A stretch of 39,201 nucleotides of DNA from a virus. The stretch covers positions 1-39,201 of IMG/VR virus record IMGVR_UViG_3300047494_000030. The stretch is one strand, 5' to 3'. The position numbers and the translations under genes were made by a program. This document shows, one piece after another, positions 29,993 through 37,210 of the stretch (positions within the stretch are counted from its first letter, which is position 1; each line of letters begins with the position of its first letter). The notes below the pieces were generated by a model. That model saw nothing but the letters and a program-made list of their open reading frames with translations. It was not told the DNA's origin and made no database searches.

Positions 29993-30059
29993 GAACTGCT
30001 TGACAACTTATTAGTTGGGTAATAACCTTCTTTCTGACCGCACAACCGCAGGAGATGGA

Positions 30060-30302
30060 ATGCCACAGATCAGACGCTATGGACCGGACAGCGAGCCCAG
30101 GATTTCGCCGCCCGATGATCCGCCGCCGCACGAGCCGCCCGAGCGCGCTCTCGGCTTTTACCCGGAAGAGTGTATCTACCTGATCGAGTGCGTCAGGAAA
30201 CGCCCGCCGGGCTATCTCAATGCCACCGCGCTAATTTCAAAACTCGAGAACCTGCGCGACATCGCAGCCAGCACCGAAGATTACGAGGAAGACGACGAAT
30301 GA
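30060..30302 (+). CDS. Small acidic, Pro-rich protein, 80 aa; first gene of the early-right operon
   Basis: ATG at 30060 with GCAGGAG 5 nt upstream. There are 18 acidic against 9 basic residues, with an acidic tail TEDYEEDDE. Confidence 0.6.
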   Translation: MPQIRRYGPDSEPRISPPDDPPPHEPPERALGFYPEECIYLIECVRKRPPGYLNATALISKLENLRDIAASTEDYEEDDE

Positions 30303-30535
30303 ATCTCAAAACACTTTTTGCGACGGCTGGCTTCCTGTGCATCGTGAGTCTCGGCATTGTGTCCAGCCTCTGGTATGACACCAAGGGCGATCCCGATCAG
30401 GAACAGGCAACGCATGACAGCGTGACAGCGCTCGGCCGCGAGCAGAAAGAACTGCATCGCCAAGATCCCAACTATGGCAAGCCATACCGTGAATTCTGCG
30501 AATACGCCGGCAAGGACAAAGAAATATGCCGCTAA
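30299..30535 (+). CDS. Small membrane-anchored protein, 78 aa
   Basis: Start at MNLKTLFATAGFLCIVSLGIVSSLW forms an ATGA overlap and provides an N-terminal TM helix. The tracked longer ORF has an Arg-rich off-frame-like N-terminus. Confidence 0.55.
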   Translation: MNLKTLFATAGFLCIVSLGIVSSLWYDTKGDPDQEQATHDSVTALGREQKELHRQDPNYGKPYREFCEYAGKDKEICR

Positions 30536-30687
30536 GCCGCAATCAGCAGACCGCCAAAATACTCGACCAGATTCGGGAGCTGGCGAAGCAACCGCCGAAA
30601 CCCGAAACGTGCGAACGAATCGTTTTGCTGTGCACCATCGCCATCGTCGATCTTTGGGCCAGCGATGAACTGGAGAAATTAGGATGA
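30526..30687 (+). CDS. Hypothetical protein, 53 aa (MPLSRNQQTAKILDQIRELAKQ...)
   Basis: ATG ORF that fills the gap and forms an ATGA overlap with the nuclease gene. Confidence 0.4.
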   Translation: MPLSRNQQTAKILDQIRELAKQPPKPETCERIVLLCTIAIVDLWASDELEKLG

Positions 30688-31568
30688 AACCAGGCGCTTA
30701 CAAACTGTCGATGGTCGATTATTTGGCCGACCCCTGCCCCGAGCCGTCGCTGAGCAGCGGTGCCATCAAGACGCTCACCATTGCGTCCCCGCATCATTGC
30801 TGGTCGGAGCACCCACGCTTGAACCCTGACCATCAGCGCGCGTCTGCGGGCATCTTCGACATCGGCTCGGCAGCTCATGCGCTGTTGCTCGAGGGCGAGG
30901 ATTCAATTGCCGTCATCGATGCCGACGACTGGCGCACCAAGGCGGCCAAGGAGCAACGCGACGAAGCGCGGGAAGCGGGTAAGTTTCCCCTGCTGGCCAA
31001 GCACGATACGGACGTGCGCGCCATGGTCGAAGTCGCTCAGGCGGCAATTATGGCGAATCCCGAGATTCCCTCGCTTCACAGTGGTGCTGCCGAGGAAGTG
31101 GTGCTGTGGCAAGAGGAGAACGGCATCTGGTGCCGCATGCGGCCGGACTGGCGCTCGCACGACTGGGCGCTGATTCTGGACTACAAAACCACCGGCAGCA
31201 GCGTCAACCCTTACGCGCTCACGCGCATGTTCCAGTCGATGCAGTTTCCGATCCAGGCGCAGTTCTATCGACGCGGCGTGCAAGCGGTTTTCAAGAAGCG
31301 CCCGCAGTTCGTGTTTCTGGTGCAGGAGACCTCTTACCCTTACGCGTGCACATTCGCTTCGCTGGCGCCCGCATACGAGGGCTTGGCTGACGATCAGATC
31401 GCGGTTGCCATGGCGCTGTGGGAGTCCTGCCTGCGCAATGACGACTGGCCGGCCTACTCGACAGACGTTATCCATTACATCGAGCCGCCGGCTTGGGCGA
31501 TCAACGATTGGATGGACAAGACCGAAGGCGCACCGGAAAAGCCGGACGCGCGTTATCTGGGCGCCTAG
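30684..31568 (+). CDS. PD-(D/E)XK exonuclease (RecB/Cas4-like or DUF3799-type phage exonuclease)
   Basis: Motifs IFDIGSAAHALLLEG, LILDYKTTGSS and IQAQFYRRG match this nuclease superfamily. Confidence 0.7.
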   Translation: MKPGAYKLSMVDYLADPCPEPSLSSGAIKTLTIASPHHCWSEHPRLNPDHQRASAGIFDIGSAAHALLLEGEDSIAVIDADDWRTKAAKEQRDEAREAGKFPLLAKHDTDVRAMVEVAQAAIMANPEIPSLHSGAAEEVVLWQEENGIWCRMRPDWRSHDWALILDYKTTGSSVNPYALTRMFQSMQFPIQAQFYRRGVQAVFKKRPQFVFLVQETSYPYACTFASLAPAYEGLADDQIAVAMALWESCLRNDDWPAYSTDVIHYIEPPAWAINDWMDKTEGAPEKPDARYLGA

Positions 31569-31607
31569 CCCCTTCCCCACTGAGAAATTAACCACAAAGG
31601 AAACTGA

Positions 31608-32232
31608 AATGAACTTTAACGACTGGAATATCAAGCTTAAAAGTGGCTCTCATTCGAATCCTAAAGAGGGAAGCTGTTTGATGGAAACAGTAGCCTACAT
31701 TTCGGGTGAGGACGAGTACACAGATCATCCGGAGTGCGCATGTCCAGTGATCACGGTTTTTGCGATTTCGACCAACGATTGGATGAATGATGTAGAGCGC
31801 CAGCGGTTGCTGCCCTTTGTGCTTCGCATTGCGGGTTCGAAAGCATCGCGGGAGATTCAAGAGAAACGCGGCTATATGTGCGCCGATTATGCAGTGCGTG
31901 TGTTTGCACAGTTGTGGGTCGAGTTTCACAACGCATCGGACGCCGCCAAAATGCGCAAGTTGCCGAAGATTGTGGATAAGGCGAGCGCCCTGCAAGCCGA
32001 GAAGATTTGCTTAGAGGTGAAGAACGCCGCCAACGCCAACGCCCCCGCCGCCTACGCCGCCGCCAACGCCTCCTACGCCGCCGCCAACGCCTCCTACGCC
32101 AACGCCGCCAAAATCCGTGCCCAAATTGTTGAGGCCCGCATTCAGTTGATCGATGACATGTTGAAGCTCACCGATGACGTGCAGCCTGTGTTCAAGCGCA
32201 AGGTTGAGAATCTTGTCGAGCTGCAAGCCTAA
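31608..32232 (+). CDS. Hypothetical protein, 208 aa, with Cys/His N-terminal domain and Ala-rich tandem repeat
   Basis: Start at MNFNDWNIKLK with AAAGGAAAC upstream. The tracked N-terminal extension overlaps the nuclease gene. It contains GSCLMETVAYISGEDEYTDHPECACPVI and then NAANANAPAAYAAANASYAAANASYANAA. Confidence 0.6.
32053..32094 (+). repeat. Perfect 21-nt tandem repeat x2 (TACGCCGCCGCCAACGCCTCC) with degenerate flanking copies (about 32023-32110)
   Basis: Read directly from the sequence. It encodes YAAANAS twice. Confidence 0.9.
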
Positions 32233-32257
32233 CCCCTATCCAGCCTGAGAGAGAAGA

Positions 32258-33097
32258 ATGAGACCTGTGGCGATTGACCTGTTTTGCGGATTGGGCGGCT
32301 GGACTGACGGCTTGCTAGCCGAGGGCTATGACGTGTTCGGCTTCGACATTGAGCAGCACGTCTATGGCGAGCATCGGTATCCCGCGCAACTCATCGTGCA
32401 GGACGTTCTGACGCTGCACGGCTCGCAGTTCAAAGGAGTTGATCTGATCGTCGCCAGTCCTCCATGTCAGGAGTTTTCCTACATGGCGATGCCGTGGTCG
32501 CTTGCCAAGGAAAAGCAACGTGCGATCGAGGCTGACCCTGCCGAGCAGAAGCGACTGACGGCATTGTTTGATGCGTGCTTTCGGATTCAGAAAGAGGCGT
32601 GCGAAGCGGCCGGACACCACATTCCGATGGTGGTCGAGAACGTGCGCGGCGCGCAGAAGTGGGTCGGTCGCTCGCGCTGGAACTTCGGTTCCTTTCACCT
32701 TTGGGGTGACGTGCCGGCGCTGATGCCAATCGCGAAGGCTGTCAAGGTTGGCGGCTTGGACTGGAGCGCTCATGCGGACCCGGATTATAAGACAAGCGGT
32801 AAGGCTGGCTGCTTTCGGGATTCGGCTTTTAAGGTGCCGAGCATTGCAGGGCGGCGCACAGACATCGGCAATGGAGCGCGGTTTACCTCGCGTGAACAGT
32901 CAGGCGTAAAACAGGCAGGCATTTCTGGCGCTCGCGATAACGGCAAAGGCGATGCGTGGTTCCAAGACGGCGCCGCACGCCACGGATCAAAGAGCAAAGC
33001 CCGCAAAGCCCGCAAAGCTGCGAGCGCGATGATCGCCAAGATTCCGTTGCCGCTTTCGACTTACATCGCACAAGTGTTTAAACCGGAGGTCGCATGA
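32258..33097 (+). CDS. DNA (cytosine-5) methyltransferase, short form
   Basis: Motif I DLFCGLGGW, motif IV PPCQEFS (catalytic Cys) and motif VI VVENV are present. At 279 aa it is shorter than typical enzymes. Confidence 0.8.
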   Translation: MRPVAIDLFCGLGGWTDGLLAEGYDVFGFDIEQHVYGEHRYPAQLIVQDVLTLHGSQFKGVDLIVASPPCQEFSYMAMPWSLAKEKQRAIEADPAEQKRLTALFDACFRIQKEACEAAGHHIPMVVENVRGAQKWVGRSRWNFGSFHLWGDVPALMPIAKAVKVGGLDWSAHADPDYKTSGKAGCFRDSAFKVPSIAGRRTDIGNGARFTSREQSGVKQAGISGARDNGKGDAWFQDGAARHGSKSKARKARKAASAMIAKIPLPLSTYIAQVFKPEVA

Positions 33098-33420
33098 ACC
33101 GCACCGAAGCTAAAGAATTGCTGCCTGTGATTACGGCGTTTGCGAATGGGGAGCAGATCGAATTTCGAATTGCTGGTGAAGGATGGCGACTTGCAAGTGA
33201 GCCGATATTTTCTACTCACTACGAATACCGCATCGCACCGAAGCCTAAGACGTGCGAGCGTTGGTACTTTGCAGTTTTCTATCCAGATGGTGACAACGGG
33301 ATTTACGAATACGACCAAAGGGAGCACGCCGAGGAAGTGCTTATTCGGTTTAAAAATGACTACCGCGACGCCACCTTTAGCCGCATCGTGCGCGTGGAGT
33401 TTGTCGAGGACGTATCGTGA
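33094..33420 (+). CDS. Hypothetical protein, 108 aa
   Basis: ORF with ATGA/GTGA overlaps on both sides. No domain recognised. Confidence 0.5.
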   Translation: MNRTEAKELLPVITAFANGEQIEFRIAGEGWRLASEPIFSTHYEYRIAPKPKTCERWYFAVFYPDGDNGIYEYDQREHAEEVLIRFKNDYRDATFSRIVRVEFVEDVS

Positions 33421-33956
33421 GAGACGGAGATTCACCGCTGTGCTTTGGTCGATACTGGGCCATGCCTTCTGCCGACACGTTCAGCATTAAGCCAATCAAT
33501 GCTTTTGTGAGGAAGTATGCTGGAGAAATCGTGGTCGATCCGTTCGCCAGGAATTCAGAATTCGCCACACATAGCAATGACCTGAACCCTGGCACTAAAG
33601 CGACGCACCACATGCTGGCAACTGATTTTCTCAAGCAGCTCGCGGATGAAGGATTAAAAGCCGATACGGTTTTGCTCGATCCTCCTTATTCGCCGAGGCA
33701 GATTTCGGAGTGCTACAAGGCGCTTGGTCTAACTGTTTCAATGAAAGATACTCAGTCTAGCTTTTACTCTGAGATACGAGCACTGATTCGACCGCTCTGT
33801 AAGCGAGGAACTTTCGTTCTTAGTTTTGGCTGGAATAGCACCGGCATGGGGCATGGATTCGACATGCGCGAGATTCGATTGGTGGCTCACGGTGGGGCGC
33901 ATAACGACACAATTTGTATTGCCGAAGAATGTCTGTTCGAGGAGCATGCAGCATGA
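33417..33956 (+). CDS. DNA methyltransferase (N6-adenine or N4-cytosine class, DPPY motif)
   Basis: VVDPFARNS (AdoMet-binding-like) and LLDPPYSPRQ (catalytic DPPY) are present. The GTG start forms a GTGA overlap. Confidence 0.7.
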   Translation: MRDGDSPLCFGRYWAMPSADTFSIKPINAFVRKYAGEIVVDPFARNSEFATHSNDLNPGTKATHHMLATDFLKQLADEGLKADTVLLDPPYSPRQISECYKALGLTVSMKDTQSSFYSEIRALIRPLCKRGTFVLSFGWNSTGMGHGFDMREIRLVAHGGAHNDTICIAEECLFEEHAA

Positions 33957-34477
33957 AATCATTTCACAGTGATCCAGCAGTAAAAGAGAAGTATTTTAAG
34001 CGGAAGCGGAAAGCTGACTGGATTGCTTTGATGCTGATAACGAACAATCGAATTAAGGCCGACCACAACTCGGGGATTGTTACTAGTGGCCTGCGCGTGC
34101 TCGGTTGCGAGAATACTGCTGGGTATTTAGTTTCAACGCTTTACTTCGGAGGAGAGCGCGCCCAAGCCAAATTACACCGAGTTATCTGGCTCTCATGTTG
34201 GGGAGAAATTCCAGAGGGGTTCGTGATAGACCACATCAATGGAATCAAAAAGGATAACCGAATCTCCAATCTGCGATTAGCAACGCCTTTGCTCAATGCT
34301 AGAAATAGACGGAGTTACGCTGGGGAAGAAAACCCAGCAGCGAAAATAAACAATGCTTTGGCTGAATCGATTCGAAACCGCTATTCGGAATTAGCCTCCT
34401 ACCAAGCGGTGGCGACACAGTTTTTCGTAAGTAAGTCTTTGGTTGCGCAGATAGTTCGAGGCGAACTATGGAACTGA
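33953..34477 (+). CDS. HNH homing-type endonuclease (HNH_3 with C-terminal HTH-like tail)
   Basis: LHRVIWLSCWGEIPEGFVIDHINGIKKDNRISNLRLAT matches HNH_3. The start at MKSFHS forms an ATGA overlap. The local DNA is visibly AT-richer. Confidence 0.8.
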   Translation: MKSFHSDPAVKEKYFKRKRKADWIALMLITNNRIKADHNSGIVTSGLRVLGCENTAGYLVSTLYFGGERAQAKLHRVIWLSCWGEIPEGFVIDHINGIKKDNRISNLRLATPLLNARNRRSYAGEENPAAKINNALAESIRNRYSELASYQAVATQFFVSKSLVAQIVRGELWN

Positions 34478-34523
34478 TCGAAGAAGCTGACATGCTTATC
34501 AAGCTACTCAAGGGGATTAAGCC

Positions 34524-35048
34524 ATGACACGTTCAGAACAGATCGAAGCCGCCGATGCCCGTCCCGCCGATGCGGAGCCGGTGGCGTGGCGCGTTTGGTC
34601 TCGCCATCTTCAAGACTGGGTGATGTATACAAGCAGCGCTGCGGAAGCAAAAACTATGGGCGGCGTTGTCGAACCCCTATACGCCTCCCCTCCTGCTCCT
34701 GATCGCACACAAGGGGCAGCAGATAAGTTAGCCGCTCACGTTGTTTTCGCAGCTAGGCGCGTAGGCTTAATCAATGACGACACCGAGTCGTTTAGCGGAC
34801 CGCAATTGCTTATGATCATTGATGCTCTAGCCGATGGTCCCGCCCACGTCGCAGCGCAAGCGGATGCGCTCGCAGCGTTGAAAGAATTAGTTGCGTGCAA
34901 GGACATGCTGGATACGCCGGGACCGGTTATTGAGACGTTCAATCAGTTCAAGGCGAAACATATTGATTTGGGTGATCGAATAACCGCCGCATGGACCGAG
35001 GCACGCCGCGTGATCGCCGCTACGGGAGAAAAGCATGAGACTTACTGA
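34524..35048 (+). CDS. Hypothetical protein, 174 aa (N-terminal AEPVAW motif)
   Basis: ORF in the early operon. No domain recognised. Confidence 0.5.
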   Translation: MTRSEQIEAADARPADAEPVAWRVWSRHLQDWVMYTSSAAEAKTMGGVVEPLYASPPAPDRTQGAADKLAAHVVFAARRVGLINDDTESFSGPQLLMIIDALADGPAHVAAQADALAALKELVACKDMLDTPGPVIETFNQFKAKHIDLGDRITAAWTEARRVIAATGEKHETY

Positions 35049-35376
35049 CCTTAAACCGCGCTGGATTGGCGTACCTAATTGGTCGCTGCCGGGTAGACCG
35101 TATTACATTGGCGTCACGTTCCTTTGCCCGCATTGCGACCCGAATCTCCCTGAGCATGGCCCAAACCGGCGTCAGAGGCTTTCCGCTATGTTTTGGCCGC
35201 ACATTGACCCAACCGGCGTCAATGCAGAATTTCCAATGAATTTTCAGCGGAACGAAACGCAATGGGATAGGTGGCCGACAACTGACACATTCGAAACGTT
35301 GACCCTTACACCAAGTATTGACGTGTCAGCGCACGGTCACTGGCACGGCCACATCATAAACGGCGAAATCCGCTGA
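35035..35376 (+). CDS. Hypothetical Cys/His protein, 113 aa (tentatively DUF6527-like)
   Basis: The CPHC motif and the C-terminal HGHWHGHIINGEI are present. The family assignment is from memory only. Confidence 0.45.
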   Translation: MRLTDLKPRWIGVPNWSLPGRPYYIGVTFLCPHCDPNLPEHGPNRRQRLSAMFWPHIDPTGVNAEFPMNFQRNETQWDRWPTTDTFETLTLTPSIDVSAHGHWHGHIINGEIR

Positions 35377-35387
35377 GGGAGAAAAAC

Positions 35388-36422
35388 ATGAGTGACGCGA
35401 ACAGTTTATTGCCGTGCCCGTTTTGTGGTTGCGACGCTGAGGAAATGGGCGGCATGTTGCTGGCGCGCGTTGGCTGCGTTGCATGCGACGCCGCGATAGA
35501 CGCCAATACGCAGGAGCGAGCAAATCGGCGTTGGAACGCCCGCCAGTCTGCTCCTCCGCAGACTACTGCGCCACAAGGGGAGATGCCGCCGCTTGATAAT
35601 CCACTGCTGCAAGAACTGTTCAGTAGCACGATTTGCGGTGCAATGGCATTCGGCGAGCAAAACACCAATAAGCCACCGGAAGGCCACTGGCTGACTCAAT
35701 TTTGGAACTATGGGCGCATGGGGCAAACAGTCCCTGCCGTCACCCCACTCGGTACCCGACACGAATTAACGGGTCAGGAAGCTTATGCCGAATGGGAGCG
35801 GTTGCACGGAAAAGAGTTTAGAGAAGCGCTTAAAGAGTGCAACGCCCAAGAACAAGGTGCCCGACACGAAGCCGCCTCGCCAGTCTCTACGGCAACGAAT
35901 TCAGATCGCGGCGGCATAACAGTAGATGTATTCGAGGATTTACTTCTCGAATATCGGAGTGTGATGGATGCTGACGAGGAAGCCGAATGCCGAGAAGGTT
36001 TGGTGGCGGTATACAGAGCCACAAGAAATCAAATTCCGCGACCTGCTGCCAGTTGTGAAACGCCTTCTAGGTTCCATCTTGCCGCCTCGCCAGTCTCTAC
36101 CGGAGCGGATGCGAAGGATGCAGAATGCGATGACTACCCGATAGTCCGGGTGACAGTGCGAGAGAACGCGGTCGTCGAGTGGCACTGGTACACGCCTACG
36201 TTGCCAGACGGTGAATTCGATTTGTGCCTTGACCCTGCGATGGGTGTTGGCCGAGACACAAGAGACGCGGCGCGCTACAGATACTTGCGGTCAAGGGACC
36301 TCGACGCAATCCACACTGGCGGCGTATTCATCGGCGAGACACCGCAGAACTATGTCATCAATGGCGAGCATGCTGACGCCGCCATCGACGCCGCCATGTC
36401 TGACGAAGCGGGGAAGGTATGA
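35388..36422 (+). CDS. Lar-family (restriction alleviation) zinc-ribbon domain fused to a ~290-aa extension
   Basis: The N-terminus LLPCPFCGCDAEEMGG...VGCVACDAAIDANTQERANRRWNARQ matches the Lar pattern (CPFCG...C..C...WN.R). The remainder is unrecognised and carries an internal repeat, AASPVST, twice. Confidence 0.65.
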   Translation: MSDANSLLPCPFCGCDAEEMGGMLLARVGCVACDAAIDANTQERANRRWNARQSAPPQTTAPQGEMPPLDNPLLQELFSSTICGAMAFGEQNTNKPPEGHWLTQFWNYGRMGQTVPAVTPLGTRHELTGQEAYAEWERLHGKEFREALKECNAQEQGARHEAASPVSTATNSDRGGITVDVFEDLLLEYRSVMDADEEAECREGLVAVYRATRNQIPRPAASCETPSRFHLAASPVSTGADAKDAECDDYPIVRVTVRENAVVEWHWYTPTLPDGEFDLCLDPAMGVGRDTRDAARYRYLRSRDLDAIHTGGVFIGETPQNYVINGEHADAAIDAAMSDEAGKV

Positions 36423-36452
36423 GCGATCCGTTCCGCATCGAAGGGCCAAGGC

Positions 36453-37058
36453 ATGACTGAGCTGATGGAAGCCTATCCGCTGTACTGGCCAGAGGGTCGC
36501 CCTCGACTGCCACGGTACAGCCGCCAGAAAGCCAAGTTCGACACGAGCTTTGCACGCGCGCGCGACAACATCGTCCGCGAAGTGAAGTTGCTGACGAACT
36601 CCTATCGGGAACCAACCGTCATTATCTCGACCAATCTCCCGCTGCGCCATGATGGATTGCCACTGGCGAGTGCAAAGAAGGTCGACGATCCAGCTGTAGC
36701 CGTCTATTTCACGTACAAGGACCGCCAGCGCTGCTTCGCGTGCGACCGCTGGGACGCTATCGAAGACAACATGCAGGCGATCTGCAAGACGATCGAGGCG
36801 CTGCGTGGCATCGCCCGGTGGGGTACCGGGGACATGTTGGAAGCGGCGTTTACTGGTTTCACAGCGCTGCCTTCGAATAAAGCAAAGCGCTGGACCGATG
36901 TCCTCGGCTTCCCGCCAGATGTAACTGTCACCGCTGACCAGGTGCGCGCCAAGTATCGTGAACTGGTAGCCATCCACCACCCGGATCGCGGTGGCAGTCA
37001 CGCCAGAATGGCAGAGATCAACGCCGCGCGCGATGAAGCGCTCAGGGGTTTCGCGTGA
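36453..37058 (+). CDS. J-domain (DnaJ-like) protein with unrecognised N-terminal domain
   Basis: The C-terminal ADQVRAKYRELVAIHHPDRGGSHARMAEINAARDEA contains the HPD motif. Confidence 0.75.
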   Translation: MTELMEAYPLYWPEGRPRLPRYSRQKAKFDTSFARARDNIVREVKLLTNSYREPTVIISTNLPLRHDGLPLASAKKVDDPAVAVYFTYKDRQRCFACDRWDAIEDNMQAICKTIEALRGIARWGTGDMLEAAFTGFTALPSNKAKRWTDVLGFPPDVTVTADQVRAKYRELVAIHHPDRGGSHARMAEINAARDEALRGFA

Positions 37059-37210
37059 CGACAAACGCCGAACCGGTCGCTTGGATGGCTGTATTCGATG
37101 AAATCGTCAGGGTGACGACGGACCCAGCTAAAGCCGAGACTTATCGCAGGGAGCGGTGGAGCCTGAGAGAACATTTTGACCACGAAAGGATACGCCATGT
37201 TTCAATTTAG
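37055..37210 (+). CDS. Possible small protein, 51 aa (VTTNAEPVAWMAVFDEIVRV...)
   Basis: The GTG start forms a GTGA overlap with the J-domain stop. It fills an otherwise empty 138-nt gap and shares the AEPVAW motif with the 34524 product. Confidence 0.35.
   Translation: MTTNAEPVAWMAVFDEIVRVTTDPAKAETYRRERWSLREHFDHERIRHVSI

Noticed and set aside
31405-31607. N-terminal extension of the 275-aa tracked ORF overlapping the exonuclease gene (and the similar extensions at 30015-30059 and 30170-30298)
   Set aside because: The extensions overlap the preceding genes and have off-frame-like composition. Internal ATGs with good SD sequences sit exactly at the end of the upstream genes.
30903-31634. 243-aa minus-strand ORF antisense to the PD-(D/E)XK exonuclease (similarly 36291-37064 antisense to the J-domain gene and 37640-38149 antisense to the ATPase gene)
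   Set aside because: The sense-strand genes carry clear catalytic motifs, whereas the antisense frames are Arg-rich with no recognisable features.
32011-32226. 71-aa Gly/Val-rich minus-strand ORF opposite the Ala-rich repeat
   Set aside because: It is simply the reverse-complement reading of the GCC-rich tandem repeat (GGC/GTT codons). It has no start context.
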